A stretch of DNA of 35,155 nucleotides from Candidatus Sysuiplasma jiujiangense. Its GTDB lineage: Archaea; Thermoplasmatota; Thermoplasmata; Sysuiplasmatales; Sysuiplasmataceae. The translations under genes were made by a program, and so were the position numbers. The first letter of the stretch is position 1; each line of letters begins with the position of its first letter. Below, piece by piece: positions 18,909 to 27,818 of the stretch. The notes under the pieces were generated by a model. It did no database searches. It saw only the letters and a list, made by a program, of their open reading frames with translations, and was not told the origin of the DNA. The stretch is from positions 1 to 35,155 of the forward strand of contig JAHEAD010000019.1 in assembly GCA_019721075.1 (NCBI GenBank), given 5' to 3'.

Positions 18909-20351
18909 TCACTCCACGCAGCAGCTCATTGTTTCCACATCTCTCACGAACGCCTGAGATGCAATCTTGATGCTCTCTGCAAGCGTAGGGAACACGTGTG
19001 TTGTGTTGATTATGTCGTCGTACGTCAAACCCAGTTTGACCGCTGTTGCCGCCTCCATTATGTATTCGGTTGCCAGTGGTGCAAGAATCTGAGCTCCGAC
19101 AATCTTGTTGTTCGAGGGATTTGCCACCAGCTTTACCAGCCCCTCTGTATCATTGAGTATTCCTGCCTTCGGAACGCGATCAAGACTCAGCGAGCTGACC
19201 GAACATGAGCCAAGCATTCTCGTGACCTCCTCCTCGGTAAGCCCGACAGCCGCTATCTGCGGATTTGTGAACACGGCCCATGGTACTGCCGCATAGTCTA
19301 TCTGCATCGGGTGACCGAGCATGTTGCTTGCAGCCACCACTCCTTCGCGCCCGGCCAGCGTTTCAAGCATCAGCTTCTTCGAAATACAGTCGCCCGCGGC
19401 ATATATGGAGGAATTCGTAGTCCGCATTGAGCTGTCGGTCCTTATGAAACCGCGGCTGTCGGTTGCAACCTTTGCAGCTTCCAGATTGAGAAGTTCCGTG
19501 TTCGGAGCTCTGCCTGTTGCCACAAGCAGCGCATCGCTGCGCACCTCACTCCTGCCCGCTGCAGTAATGACCTCCGTTATCTGTTCATCGCCCTTCTTTT
19601 TCACCCTGTTGATCCTTGCTTTGATGTAGAATTTCATCCCCTCGCTCTCGAGCCTTCTCTGCAATAGTTCAGAAATATCGCCATCCGCCTGGGACATTAT
19701 CCTCGGCATGGATTCCACGACGGAGACCTCCGTTCCAAAGTGGCTGAAGGCCTGACCGAGCTCGAGACCTATCGCACCGCCGCCTATAACCGTAAGCCTG
19801 TCCGGTCTTTCATTCAGATTCCACACTGTATCGCTTGTAAGGTAGTCCACTGCATCCAGTCCCTCGATCGGCGGCGCAGTCGGTCTTGATCCCGTTGCAA
19901 CAAGTATCCTGTCCGCGGCGTATGTTACGCCACTGTGTCCGTCATTGCCATTCGCTTGGGAAATTATTTCCACTTCGCCAGAGGATACGAATCTAGCCTT
20001 CCCCTCGAATACAGAAACGTTCGGATAACCGTCTATTACTGTTTCATACTTGTCCCGTCTCTGTTCCTTTACCAGCTCCCTCAACCCGGACATCATACTG
20101 CCGAAGTCAAGTTTTGGATGCGTCTTCCCTATGCCGGTGAACGAGGGATGGGCAGGGTAATACAGGCTGTGGGAAGCCTCAAGAAGGTATTTGGAAGGCA
20201 CGCACCCGACGTTGACGCAGGTTCCGCCCATCGGGCCGCTCCCAATCATTGCTATGCTGTCCTCGCCCCCGGATATCTCGGTGAGTTTAATGGCAGCAGA
20301 AAAAGCCGCAGCACCCCGGCCAATTATGATGTCATCGAATTTTTGGGTCAT
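18909..20351 (-). CDS. merA: Mercuric reductase
   Basis: GGTCVNVGCVPSK redox pair, GGGAIG, HVFPT and C-terminal SCCVE pair; no fused NmerA domain. ATG at 20351 (in-frame TTG at 20360). Confidence 0.92.
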   Translation of the reverse strand: MTQKFDDIIIGRGAAAFSAAIKLTEISGGEDSIAMIGSGPMGGTCVNVGCVPSKYLLEASHSLYYPAHPSFTGIGKTHPKLDFGSMMSGLRELVKEQRRDKYETVIDGYPNVSVFEGKARFVSSGEVEIISQANGNDGHSGVTYAADRILVATGSRPTAPPIEGLDAVDYLTSDTVWNLNERPDRLTVIGGGAIGLELGQAFSHFGTEVSVVESMPRIMSQADGDISELLQRRLESEGMKFYIKARINRVKKKGDEQITEVITAAGRSEVRSDALLVATGRAPNTELLNLEAAKVATDSRGFIRTDSSMRTTNSSIYAAGDCISKKLMLETLAGREGVVAASNMLGHPMQIDYAAVPWAVFTNPQIAAVGLTEEEVTRMLGSCSVSSLSLDRVPKAGILNDTEGLVKLVANPSNNKIVGAQILAPLATEYIMEAATAVKLGLTYDDIINTTHVFPTLAESIKIASQAFVRDVETMSCCVE

Positions 20352-20360
20352 TGTTTTCAA

Positions 20361-20603
20361 TCACCGCTCTTTGATCGATGCGCTGTAGTGGGAGGGAGGC
20401 CTGAATATCCTGAGGGCAAGTATATCATCCGGTTTCACCCTTTCCGGTTCATAGACAACATTCGCGTCTCCCGTCTTCAGGTCGACCTTTGCATCCGTCA
20501 CACCGTCAAGGCTCAGTATTGCCTTCTTCACGTGCATAACGCAGTCCTGGCAGGTCATGCCCGAAACACGCAACATGACAGATTCACGATGATTTTCGTT
20601 CAT
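20361..20603 (-). CDS. HMA-domain metal chaperone (MerP/NmerA-like)
   Basis: GMTCQDC motif with a ferredoxin-like fold pattern. Confidence 0.9.
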   Translation of the reverse strand: MNENHRESVMLRVSGMTCQDCVMHVKKAILSLDGVTDAKVDLKTGDANVVYEPERVKPDDILALRIFRPPSHYSASIKER

Positions 20604-20620
20604 GATTGAATTTGAATCAT
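20602..20620. promoter_or_regulatory. Candidate operator over the start of the mer operon
   Basis: ATGATTGAA-T-TTGAATCAT (8/9 inverted) lies between a TATA-like TTTATTTA and the ATG. A second inverted repeat, TGCTTCAAAT/TTTCGAAGCA, is at 20660-20679. Confidence 0.4.
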
Positions 20621-20875
20621 TAATTGCTAAATAAACCGAAAAGCGTCATTTTCTGAATGTGCTTCAAATTTTCGAAGCAGGCTAAATTTTCTGGACCATA
20701 TCCGAAAACAGTCTGAAGAATGAGGCGCAATTTCAGTTGCTGTCACGGCTACCGTGGATGGAACTGCCGGTGATGCACTTCGACCGTCACAGGCAGTGCA
20801 GTTATCTGGACTTAATCCAATTTTTTAAAGTATATTAAAAGCTTAATATAAGTGTGTCCTCATATGACATCCTGT

Positions 20876-21241
20876 ATGGTAAAAGCAAAAGAGAATGCAT
20901 GCATGATAATGCACGATTCGAGGGAAATATGCATTCTTCCGTCTGAATCGGTGCTGAAACTGATCGGAAAGAGATACACGCTTCTTATTATCGGACTCCT
21001 GGGCAACGAGAGAAGCATGCATTTCAATGAGATACTCCGGAGCGTGGGAGCTGCCAGATCCAACCTGATCTCGCAGCGCTTCAAGGAGCTTGAGTCTGCG
21101 GGTCTTGTCGATAGACGGATAATCAATACCCGTCCTGTAGGCGTGGAGTACTCACTGACGGAAAAAGGTCTCGAGCTAAGGGAACAGCTGATTCCGTTGT
21201 TTGACTGGATCGAAAAGTCGTCCGGTGCTAAACCGAAATAA
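20876..21241 (+). CDS. HxlR-family winged-helix regulator
   Basis: IGKRYTLLII, FNEI, LISQRFKELE..GLV and VEYSLTEKG; N-terminal Cys residues. ATG at 20876 is about 25 bp after TTAATATA. Confidence 0.88.
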   Translation: MVKAKENACMIMHDSREICILPSESVLKLIGKRYTLLIIGLLGNERSMHFNEILRSVGAARSNLISQRFKELESAGLVDRRIINTRPVGVEYSLTEKGLELREQLIPLFDWIEKSSGAKPK

Positions 21242-21453
21242 AGTACCGAATTTTCCGTTTATCATTCCGGTTGCGCTTCTCTTTGAATTGAAGCGTGTAA
21301 ACAGGTTGCGCCTGAAATTCAGTTCACTTATCGCCTGCGTTCCATGACTGTATTCGGCACATCATGAACATCATGAATTTCCGCGGCTGTATATTCATGC
21401 TCCCGCACCTGCTGCCACATGCATGTTGTTTTCATGGACGAATCATGATCGAA

Positions 21454-21906
21454 TTATCTTTCATTGGAATTTTTGTGAAAATTCGGGCCGGCGGCGTTCG
21501 CCCTCTCCGCCTTATTCAATGTGCCTCCGCATTTTCTGGAGCTGATGAAATAGGCGGCTGCCGCAATGATAAACTGTACGGCAAGCCCTGCATAGTACTG
21601 TGAGACAGGAACAACATATCCCGCCCCCTCGTTTAGTGTCGGACCAATATGGTGGCCGCTTGCCAGTGCTCCAATTAGCCAGAAGAGATTCCAGAAGCTT
21701 TCCGCAAAGAATATGACGGAAACGGAAAACAGGACTGAGCCAGTCCTCTCAAGAGCGACGCCGCCGATAATCAGTATCAGCAGATTGAGACCGACATAAT
21801 AAAGCAGCGGGATTGAGAGCAGCGAGCTGAGATCAACCAGGGCTATTCCGAGTCCTGCGGCAATGGACGCCGCCAGGAATAGACTCTCCGGCGATGCTGC
21901 CCTCAT
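21454..21906 (-). CDS. Hypothetical membrane protein
   Basis: 150 aa with about four TM segments; coupled to the GtrA gene. Confidence 0.65.
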   Translation of the reverse strand: MRAASPESLFLAASIAAGLGIALVDLSSLLSIPLLYYVGLNLLILIIGGVALERTGSVLFSVSVIFFAESFWNLFWLIGALASGHHIGPTLNEGAGYVVPVSQYYAGLAVQFIIAAAAYFISSRKCGGTLNKAERANAAGPNFHKNSNER

Positions 21907-21910
21907 TTAC

Positions 21911-22369
21911 CTATATCCCGACCTTCCAGACGATAACGGATGAGAGATAATAGTCAACGGGAGTGGCGACAACCGAGGCGACCAGCGTACCTATAAGCGG
22001 TTCCAGGGCAAGATAAGCGAGAAGCAGAATTTGAATGCTGATTATGATTGCGTTCCCGGCTGCATTTACGCCCTGAAACGCAACAATCCGTTTAACCAGC
22101 GATTTGCCGGCAGCGCCCGCAGATACACGGTTCCCGAATGTCCAGTATTCATTGAGCAGGAAAGCAACAAATGTGCTTGACACGGCGGCGGCAATATCTA
22201 TGAAGAGTATGCTGCCTGTGGCAAGAAGCCGCAGTCCGGTGAATAAAATCGCTTCAAAAAACAGGAAACCCGCGAAACCGGAAATGGAATACCTGTATCC
22301 TCTGGACCAGTTTCTCCTGAGCAGGGCTGATATGCTCCCGATGCGGAGGTGAGGCGTTATACTGGACAT
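21911..22369 (-). CDS. GtrA-family membrane protein
   Basis: RYSISG, AFLLNEYWTF, DYYLSSVIVWK; four TM helices. Confidence 0.8.
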   Translation of the reverse strand: MSSITPHLRIGSISALLRRNWSRGYRYSISGFAGFLFFEAILFTGLRLLATGSILFIDIAAAVSSTFVAFLLNEYWTFGNRVSAGAAGKSLVKRIVAFQGVNAAGNAIIISIQILLLAYLALEPLIGTLVASVVATPVDYYLSSVIVWKVGI

Positions 22370-22570
22370 CACAATTTCATACTTTGTTGGACCGATGCAA
22401 ATCTCTTCGATATGAATTTCCACCGGCAGTCGCTTCTGCCTTGTTCATTGCAGAATGTGTCATCCTCTCATGCCTGAAGACCGGGGAATGCCCTCGCTAT
22501 TCTTTCAGCTTTGTCCTGAATGCCGGGGGTGACCGTCAGACACAAATAGTAATAATGTACTATAGTACTT

Positions 22571-22804
22571 ATGGCCGAAACTCTTAAGGTCGATTTGGAC
22601 AGTCAGCTGGTGAAGAAATTCAGGAAGAAGGCCATGGAGACTTACGGATACAGGAAGGGTTCGATGAAGAAGGCGATGGAGGATCTGCTGAGGCAGTATA
22701 CCAGGGAGGGGAAGCCGGACTGGGGTAAGATGATTGGTGTTCTGGATCACTTAAAGAATGATTCCGTCGAACTCCAGCACATGCTGTGGAAAAAGATAAA
22801 ATGA
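22571..22804 (+). CDS. VapB-like antitoxin
   Basis: 77 aa, KFRKKAMETYGYRKGSM, DSVELQH tail; overlaps the PIN gene. Confidence 0.75.
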   Translation: MAETLKVDLDSQLVKKFRKKAMETYGYRKGSMKKAMEDLLRQYTREGKPDWGKMIGVLDHLKNDSVELQHMLWKKIK

Positions 22805-23223
22805 TACTCCTGGATTCGAATATATTCCTTGAGATGTTCCTGAGGCAGCCTAAAGCAGCTCAATGCAAGGACCTGCTGGACATGGTATCTGAAGGCGCTC
22901 TGGAGGCCGTGGTAACGAGATTTTCAGTACATGCAATAGAGGCAATACTTGGCAAAGCGGAATTCGTATCCATGTTCCTGCGGAACCTGGAGACAAGCAC
23001 AGGGCTTGTGGTTTATGATACAGGAAATGATGATGAGATCGCAGCAACTATTGTTCAGCAGAAAACAAAACTTTATTTCGACGATGCCTTACAGTACTTT
23101 GTAGCAAAAAAGCTGGCGGTGGACTGTATCGTTTCCTTCGACAAGCACTTTGATGGTCTGGATATAGAACGGACGGAACCGGGTATGTTGACCGGTGAAG
23201 GGAGACGGTCAGCACCAGGTTAG
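22801..23223 (+). CDS. vapC: VapC PIN-domain toxin
   Basis: ILLDSNIFLE, FDDALQY and IVSFDKHFD motifs. Confidence 0.9.
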   Translation: MILLDSNIFLEMFLRQPKAAQCKDLLDMVSEGALEAVVTRFSVHAIEAILGKAEFVSMFLRNLETSTGLVVYDTGNDDEIAATIVQQKTKLYFDDALQYFVAKKLAVDCIVSFDKHFDGLDIERTEPGMLTGEGRRSAPG

Positions 23224-23512
23224 TCGTAAGGGTGGTTCCCGGCACAACACTTTCAATCAACGGCGTTGCAGGTAAACCGGCACTTTGAGGCGAATCGCTT
23301 CTCCTGAAAATCGCTTATTTTTCTTATTCGTTATCCGTCTTTATGCAGCATGACACGCGCCATCTTTCAGTGATATGAAGCAAACTGTTGTGCTGCCCAC
23401 GACCGTTATGCTGCCGTCATTGTTCAGCGACATAACAAGTCTGAGAACGGACATGGTCAAATTCCGGATTAATGACACCGATCAGTTTTCTTTCTTACTT
23501 GTCCGGCAGCAA

Positions 23513-24673
23513 TCAGTCTATTGACCGGAATGCATCAAGAATTGCAGCAGAGAACTCGTCTTTAGTTCGTTTATGTTCTTCGGATGGTGCTTCGAAGCTG
23601 ACTTCCGGGGCCGGTCTCGCGTAAAAATTGCCCGAACCCATCGCCGCCTTTCCTTCCCCGGTTTCGATGAAGCAGTAGCCGCCTCCTGCGAATCTCTCCT
23701 CGTCTCCGAACCCAAGTCTTGATGCAATGTTTGCAGCCACGACGATACCCTCCTGTAACGCAAATACGCCGGCCATTGGAAGGAATACTCCATTGTGAAG
23801 TTTTATTGACACTATGTCGCCTATCGCAAACAGACCCTGTTTCTTCGTTTCAAGCGTTTCCGGATTTACTGGAATCCATCCTGTTGAATCGACGAGACCC
23901 GCTTTGCGTACCGGCTCGGGGGCGATGTGCGGCGGCACATAGGCCATGACATCGTAGCCCGCATCATCCGTCTCAAACAGTATTTTTCTGTTTTCATTGT
24001 CCACTTTCAGAACCATGTGCTCGGTGTTGTAGCCGATTTCACGCTTCTTCAGCATGCCTACGAGTCCGTCCCCTACCATATTGCCTGCCGCAAGCATCGG
24101 TTGCCATTCAGGTGTATATATGTCTACAGAGCATCTGTCCCTGATTCCCTTTTTCCGGAGTGTGGAGTCGATAAGAAATGCAGTCTCATAGGGCGCAGCC
24201 GGGCACTTGAAAGGCGTACGTGTGATAAGGACGGCGACACGCCCTTCCTCAATGCGTTCGAGCTCATGCCGAAATGCCACCGCACCATTCTTTTCATAGA
24301 TGTTGTAGCCACCGCCGGACAGACCCGGAATTATTGCGGGCGACATTTCCGCCCCCATCGAGATTACTATGAACTCTGCGCTGAAATCACCCTCTGTTGT
24401 CTGAACAGTCATGCCGGCAGCATCGATGTTTCTGACTTCTGCATTAATGAACTCAATTCCGCGTGAGTTGAGTGCCGAATAATCGCCTTCGCCCGCAGCC
24501 GGATCACTCAATTCACCGCTCACAATTCCTATGTTGTAGGCACATTCGTAAAAACGGGGCTTGCGATCTATCAGTGTTACGGTGTGTTTTCCGCCCAGCA
24601 GTTTTGTGAGCTCTGTAGCAGCTGATATACCGCCGATTCCGGCACCCAAAACCAGGACGGTTCTCGTCTTCAA
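23513..24673 (-). CDS. Sulfide:quinone oxidoreductase / FCSD-like flavoprotein
   Basis: VLGAGIGG, KCPAAPYE, FAIGD and YCFIE motifs; TTG start overlaps the dsrE-like stop. Confidence 0.82.
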   Translation of the reverse strand: MKTRTVLVLGAGIGGISAATELTKLLGGKHTVTLIDRKPRFYECAYNIGIVSGELSDPAAGEGDYSALNSRGIEFINAEVRNIDAAGMTVQTTEGDFSAEFIVISMGAEMSPAIIPGLSGGGYNIYEKNGAVAFRHELERIEEGRVAVLITRTPFKCPAAPYETAFLIDSTLRKKGIRDRCSVDIYTPEWQPMLAAGNMVGDGLVGMLKKREIGYNTEHMVLKVDNENRKILFETDDAGYDVMAYVPPHIAPEPVRKAGLVDSTGWIPVNPETLETKKQGLFAIGDIVSIKLHNGVFLPMAGVFALQEGIVVAANIASRLGFGDEERFAGGGYCFIETGEGKAAMGSGNFYARPAPEVSFEAPSEEHKRTKDEFSAAILDAFRSID

Positions 24674-24993
24674 CCGAAATTCACCATCCTGTCAGCATCT
24701 TCGGTAAGGGAAACCAGCGTATCCATAGTGGACATGGGACAGGCTTCACTCGCATCCGCTTTACGCAGTCTGAGACATGTACCGCAGCTGAGTGCTTCCC
24801 CGCCGAGCTCTATGAATCTGTTGAGCACTTTATGGACTTCGAAGCGGCTGTTGTCGACAGAATCTATTTCCACGGCCGGTCCAAGGAGAAAGACCGAAAC
24901 CCTGTGCCCCTTGGAAAGAGCGGCGCTTGCAAACCGGAATGCGTTCCACATCGTTTCTGATTCCTTTGAATTTATTATTACCGCATATTTCAT
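24670..24993 (-). CDS. DsrE/DsrF-family sulfur relay protein
   Basis: WNAFRFA, VFLLG, SCGTCL and CPMSTM motifs; GAGGAG RBS. Confidence 0.85.
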   Translation of the reverse strand: MKYAVIINSKESETMWNAFRFASAALSKGHRVSVFLLGPAVEIDSVDNSRFEVHKVLNRFIELGGEALSCGTCLRLRKADASEACPMSTMDTLVSLTEDADRMVNFG

Positions 24994-25489
24994 TTTCAAT
25001 CTCCTCTCTGAGTTTCACCTGTGAGCGTTTGAACAGACAACTCCAGCCTGTATTCTCTTCTTCCGGCATCCTTCCAAGTACATCAGATAAAGTTCATCCG
25101 CGACATCCTTATCGGATATGATCCGGGGCAACCGTGTTCCATGTTTTTCGTTCAGGCAACCACACACACATCTGTTTTCATGGATTCTGTAGATTCTGTC
25201 TCACACCGATCAGGTATTCTTTGATGTGATATAAAGAATACGATATATTGCAAGATATGCAAGCTTAATATCAACTAATTCTCCAGCATGACAACGCATG
25301 TTCCCGAAATGTTTGATTGCCATGCCCATCACGAGTTCCGGCGTAATACTGACGTCATGGTATTGCAACGTGAGCCGCATGATTAGTACCCGCATAACCG
25401 TCGCCTCAAAGCAGTGATGTGCGCTTCAAGCCATTCGGCAGTGAATGACTGTTACAAAAGGGGAATCCAAAAATGATGCCGGCAGGGCA

Positions 25490-25790
25490 TGTGGGAATGT
25501 ATGGCATCCGACAAGTGCATGTGCCTGACTGTCTATCACTGGCAGCCGGATGTTTCACGGCAGGAACACAGGGGATGGATGCAATGGCCGGGGCTCCTGA
25601 AGCATAATGTCGGCGCAACCCGCCTTACGGCGCTTATGCATCGTCAAATATTCCAGGTGTACACCGGACAGAGGAAGAAATGGAATTGGCAGTGGAGAGC
25701 GATGTCCCCATTGTCTACACTGCAACCAATGCAGGCTGGAAGAACCCTATGGAGAGCAATGTTGCCGGCTATGCAGTCATTGCACCATCA
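25490..25790 (+). pseudogene. Possible decayed nitronate monooxygenase / FabK-like gene
   Basis: One frame with an internal TAA reads LAAGCFTAGTQG...PYGAY..NI...EEMELAVESDVPIVYT; weak resemblance only. Confidence 0.25.
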
Positions 25791-26229
25791 GGCGCAAGTC
25801 ACAGTGGCTGGAGGCAGGGGGCGGGCACTAGTCAATGCGGTCAGTTATGGAATCAGGGACAGATGGCCGCTATGCATGAAGTCCAGGGGAAAGGAAAAGG
25901 AAACACACTAAATCTCTCCAGATTCTGCAAGGGACCAAAGGCCATTGTGAGCCGATACAATCAATTTGCCACCCCCTATGGAATCATCTGCTTCAAATGA
26001 TGAAGACTTCTTACAAGGATCTTTAAACCCAATGCGCCCGAAACGGAAAGATGTGGTGTTAAGCATTTTCCCTCCAAAACCTTACCCTTGATTCGGAGTT
26101 AACATTATTACTGTCAGGAGACTTTTTACATGAAAATTCCTTGATATTGCAATCCGTCCGCCCAACCCGCATTTCCTTTGGGCAATAGAGATATAATGGA
26201 CTGATTAATAGATGTTCAGGTAGACTGGT

Positions 26230-26895
26230 TTGGAAAAATATATTCTTGTCGCGACAGTGGGCGAAGACAATGAGGGCATCTATCATGCCGTGAAGGAATT
26301 TCCTGTCAAAAAATATTACATAATCTCCAACGACAAGAACCATGCATCTGCACTGGACATCAAAAAGGAACTGGTCAGATTCAATATCGACGTTCCGGTA
26401 GTGGCGGTCAATGAGCCCCTTTTGCCTGAAATGATCAAGGCGTTCTCGAAAATTAAACAAACAGAGGATCCAACCAGTATACTGGCAAATCTGTCTTGTG
26501 GAACAAAGGTTGCTACATGCGCAGCGCTGACTGCGTCCTTCATAAATGGTCTCAAGGCATTCTACATTGTTGATGGGAGGGTAATGTTTTTTCCGATAAT
26601 GAAATTATCATATTACAACCTTCTTTCTGAAAGAAAGAGGAAGATTTTGGCGTTCCTGCGTGAGGTACCGGATTGCTGCAGCTCAATGGATGACCTTTCA
26701 AAGAAGATGAATATGAGCCTCCCTCTGATATCATATCACATCAACGGTACCCCGGAAGCAAGAGGACTCGTAGAGGAAGGGCTGATCGAGCTGACATCCG
26801 GACAACACGGCAGGAATCAGATCAGGTTGACCGAAATGGGTAAACTGATCATTGAAGGTTACCTTGGCGCGGAATCCGATTTGAAGATACAGTAA
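26230..26895 (+). CDS. CARF-like plus winged-helix transcriptional regulator (Csa3/DUF6293-like)
   Basis: N-terminal ILVATVG and ILANLSCGTK Rossmann-like CARF motifs; C-terminal LSKKMNMSLPLISYHI...LTEMGK wHTH. TTG start. Confidence 0.75.
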   Translation: MEKYILVATVGEDNEGIYHAVKEFPVKKYYIISNDKNHASALDIKKELVRFNIDVPVVAVNEPLLPEMIKAFSKIKQTEDPTSILANLSCGTKVATCAALTASFINGLKAFYIVDGRVMFFPIMKLSYYNLLSERKRKILAFLREVPDCCSSMDDLSKKMNMSLPLISYHINGTPEARGLVEEGLIELTSGQHGRNQIRLTEMGKLIIEGYLGAESDLKIQ

Positions 26896-26900
26896 GACAC

Positions 26901-27392
26901 TCACAGCATCAATTTGGTTTTCCCGTTGATGATAACCCTTCCTGTTACTCTGCAGGCCTTCTTGAGGGTGTTAGTCACGTAGCAATCGTGTTCGGCAATC
27001 CTTGCCAGTCCTGCCAGTTTCTGTTCATCCTCACCGCTCTCAAGATAAACAATGTAACCGATTTCCTCAAAGGATCTGGGATGAGCAAGAGAAAACGTTC
27101 CTGTGACCTCTATCTTCAGCGACCTGATGTCGATGCCATCCGACGCCGCATGCTCCGAATAATGGACCATCTGGCACATCGCAAGACTGGAAACAAAATA
27201 ATCCAATGGGCTCGGACCGTCTTCATCTGCTGTCCACTTCAGGCCGTTCCTCGATACGGCTTCCGAAAGCTGATTGTCAAGTTTGACAACTGTGACCTTT
27301 ACGTTCGATTTCGCCTTCTTACGATCGGCCTCTTCCAAAAGAGCAAGTTTCTTCTGCATTCTATTTCTGAAATCTTCAGTAAACACAATCAT
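26901..27392 (-). CDS. OsmC/Ohr-family protein
   Basis: GPSPLDYFVSSLAMC...HDCYVTNTL two-Cys signature; ATG at 27392 after AGGAGAGGTG. Confidence 0.85.
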   Translation of the reverse strand: MIVFTEDFRNRMQKKLALLEEADRKKAKSNVKVTVVKLDNQLSEAVSRNGLKWTADEDGPSPLDYFVSSLAMCQMVHYSEHAASDGIDIRSLKIEVTGTFSLAHPRSFEEIGYIVYLESGEDEQKLAGLARIAEHDCYVTNTLKKACRVTGRVIINGKTKLML

Positions 27393-27460
27393 TATTGCAC
27401 CTCTCCTGATATCTGAAAACACAGCCACCTTGAAATTATCCGGAGAACCCGGTAAAATAC

Positions 27461-27661
27461 GTAAAAGGTTTCTCCATGTATTTACATGGAGTGCGATTTC
27501 TTTCCGTGCGCCATGAGTTCGTCCTGCGTTTCGAACTCTGCGCCGCATGCCTTGCACTTAAAGTGCTCATGTGCATGCGTCTCCTGCTTCGCTCCATGGG
27601 CAGTCTGTCCATGCTGCATCAGTGCCTCCTGTGTCGGGAATGACATGCCGCAGGCAGGACA
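27461..27661 (+). repeat. 201-bp direct repeat, copy 1 (copy 2 at 29352-29552)
   Basis: Ungapped alignment at offset 1891 gave 6 mismatches. Encodes the tandem C2H2 module and the 3' hairpin. Confidence 0.95.
27472..27491 (-). terminator. Hairpin overlapping the ZnF stop codon (repeated at 29363-29382)
   Basis: CTCCATGT-AAAT-ACATGGAG on the mRNA strand, followed by AAACCTTTT. Confidence 0.45.
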
Positions 27662-27679
27662 CCTATTTGTTTCTGTCAT
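27482..27679 (-). CDS. Small tandem C2H2 zinc-finger protein
   Basis: Two C-x2-C-x12-H-x4-H units with conserved F and L, and a His-rich linker (THAHEH). Confidence 0.82.
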   Translation of the reverse strand: MTETNRCPACGMSFPTQEALMQHGQTAHGAKQETHAHEHFKCKACGAEFETQDELMAHGKKSHSM

Positions 27680-27818
27680 GTATTATCACTGTTGTAAAAG
27701 AGTCATATGCCTGTTTATTACTATTATATTTAAACATTAAAGACAGACCATAATAAGTAAAGATTAAGTTTTGTTATGCTTTGCTGATTTACTCAGCCGA
27801 CGGGAGAAAGGATGCCAA

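Noticed and set aside
27393..27557. N-terminal extension of the 218-aa OsmC ORF
   Set aside because: It overlaps the ZnF gene out of frame, and a strong RBS points to ATG 27392.
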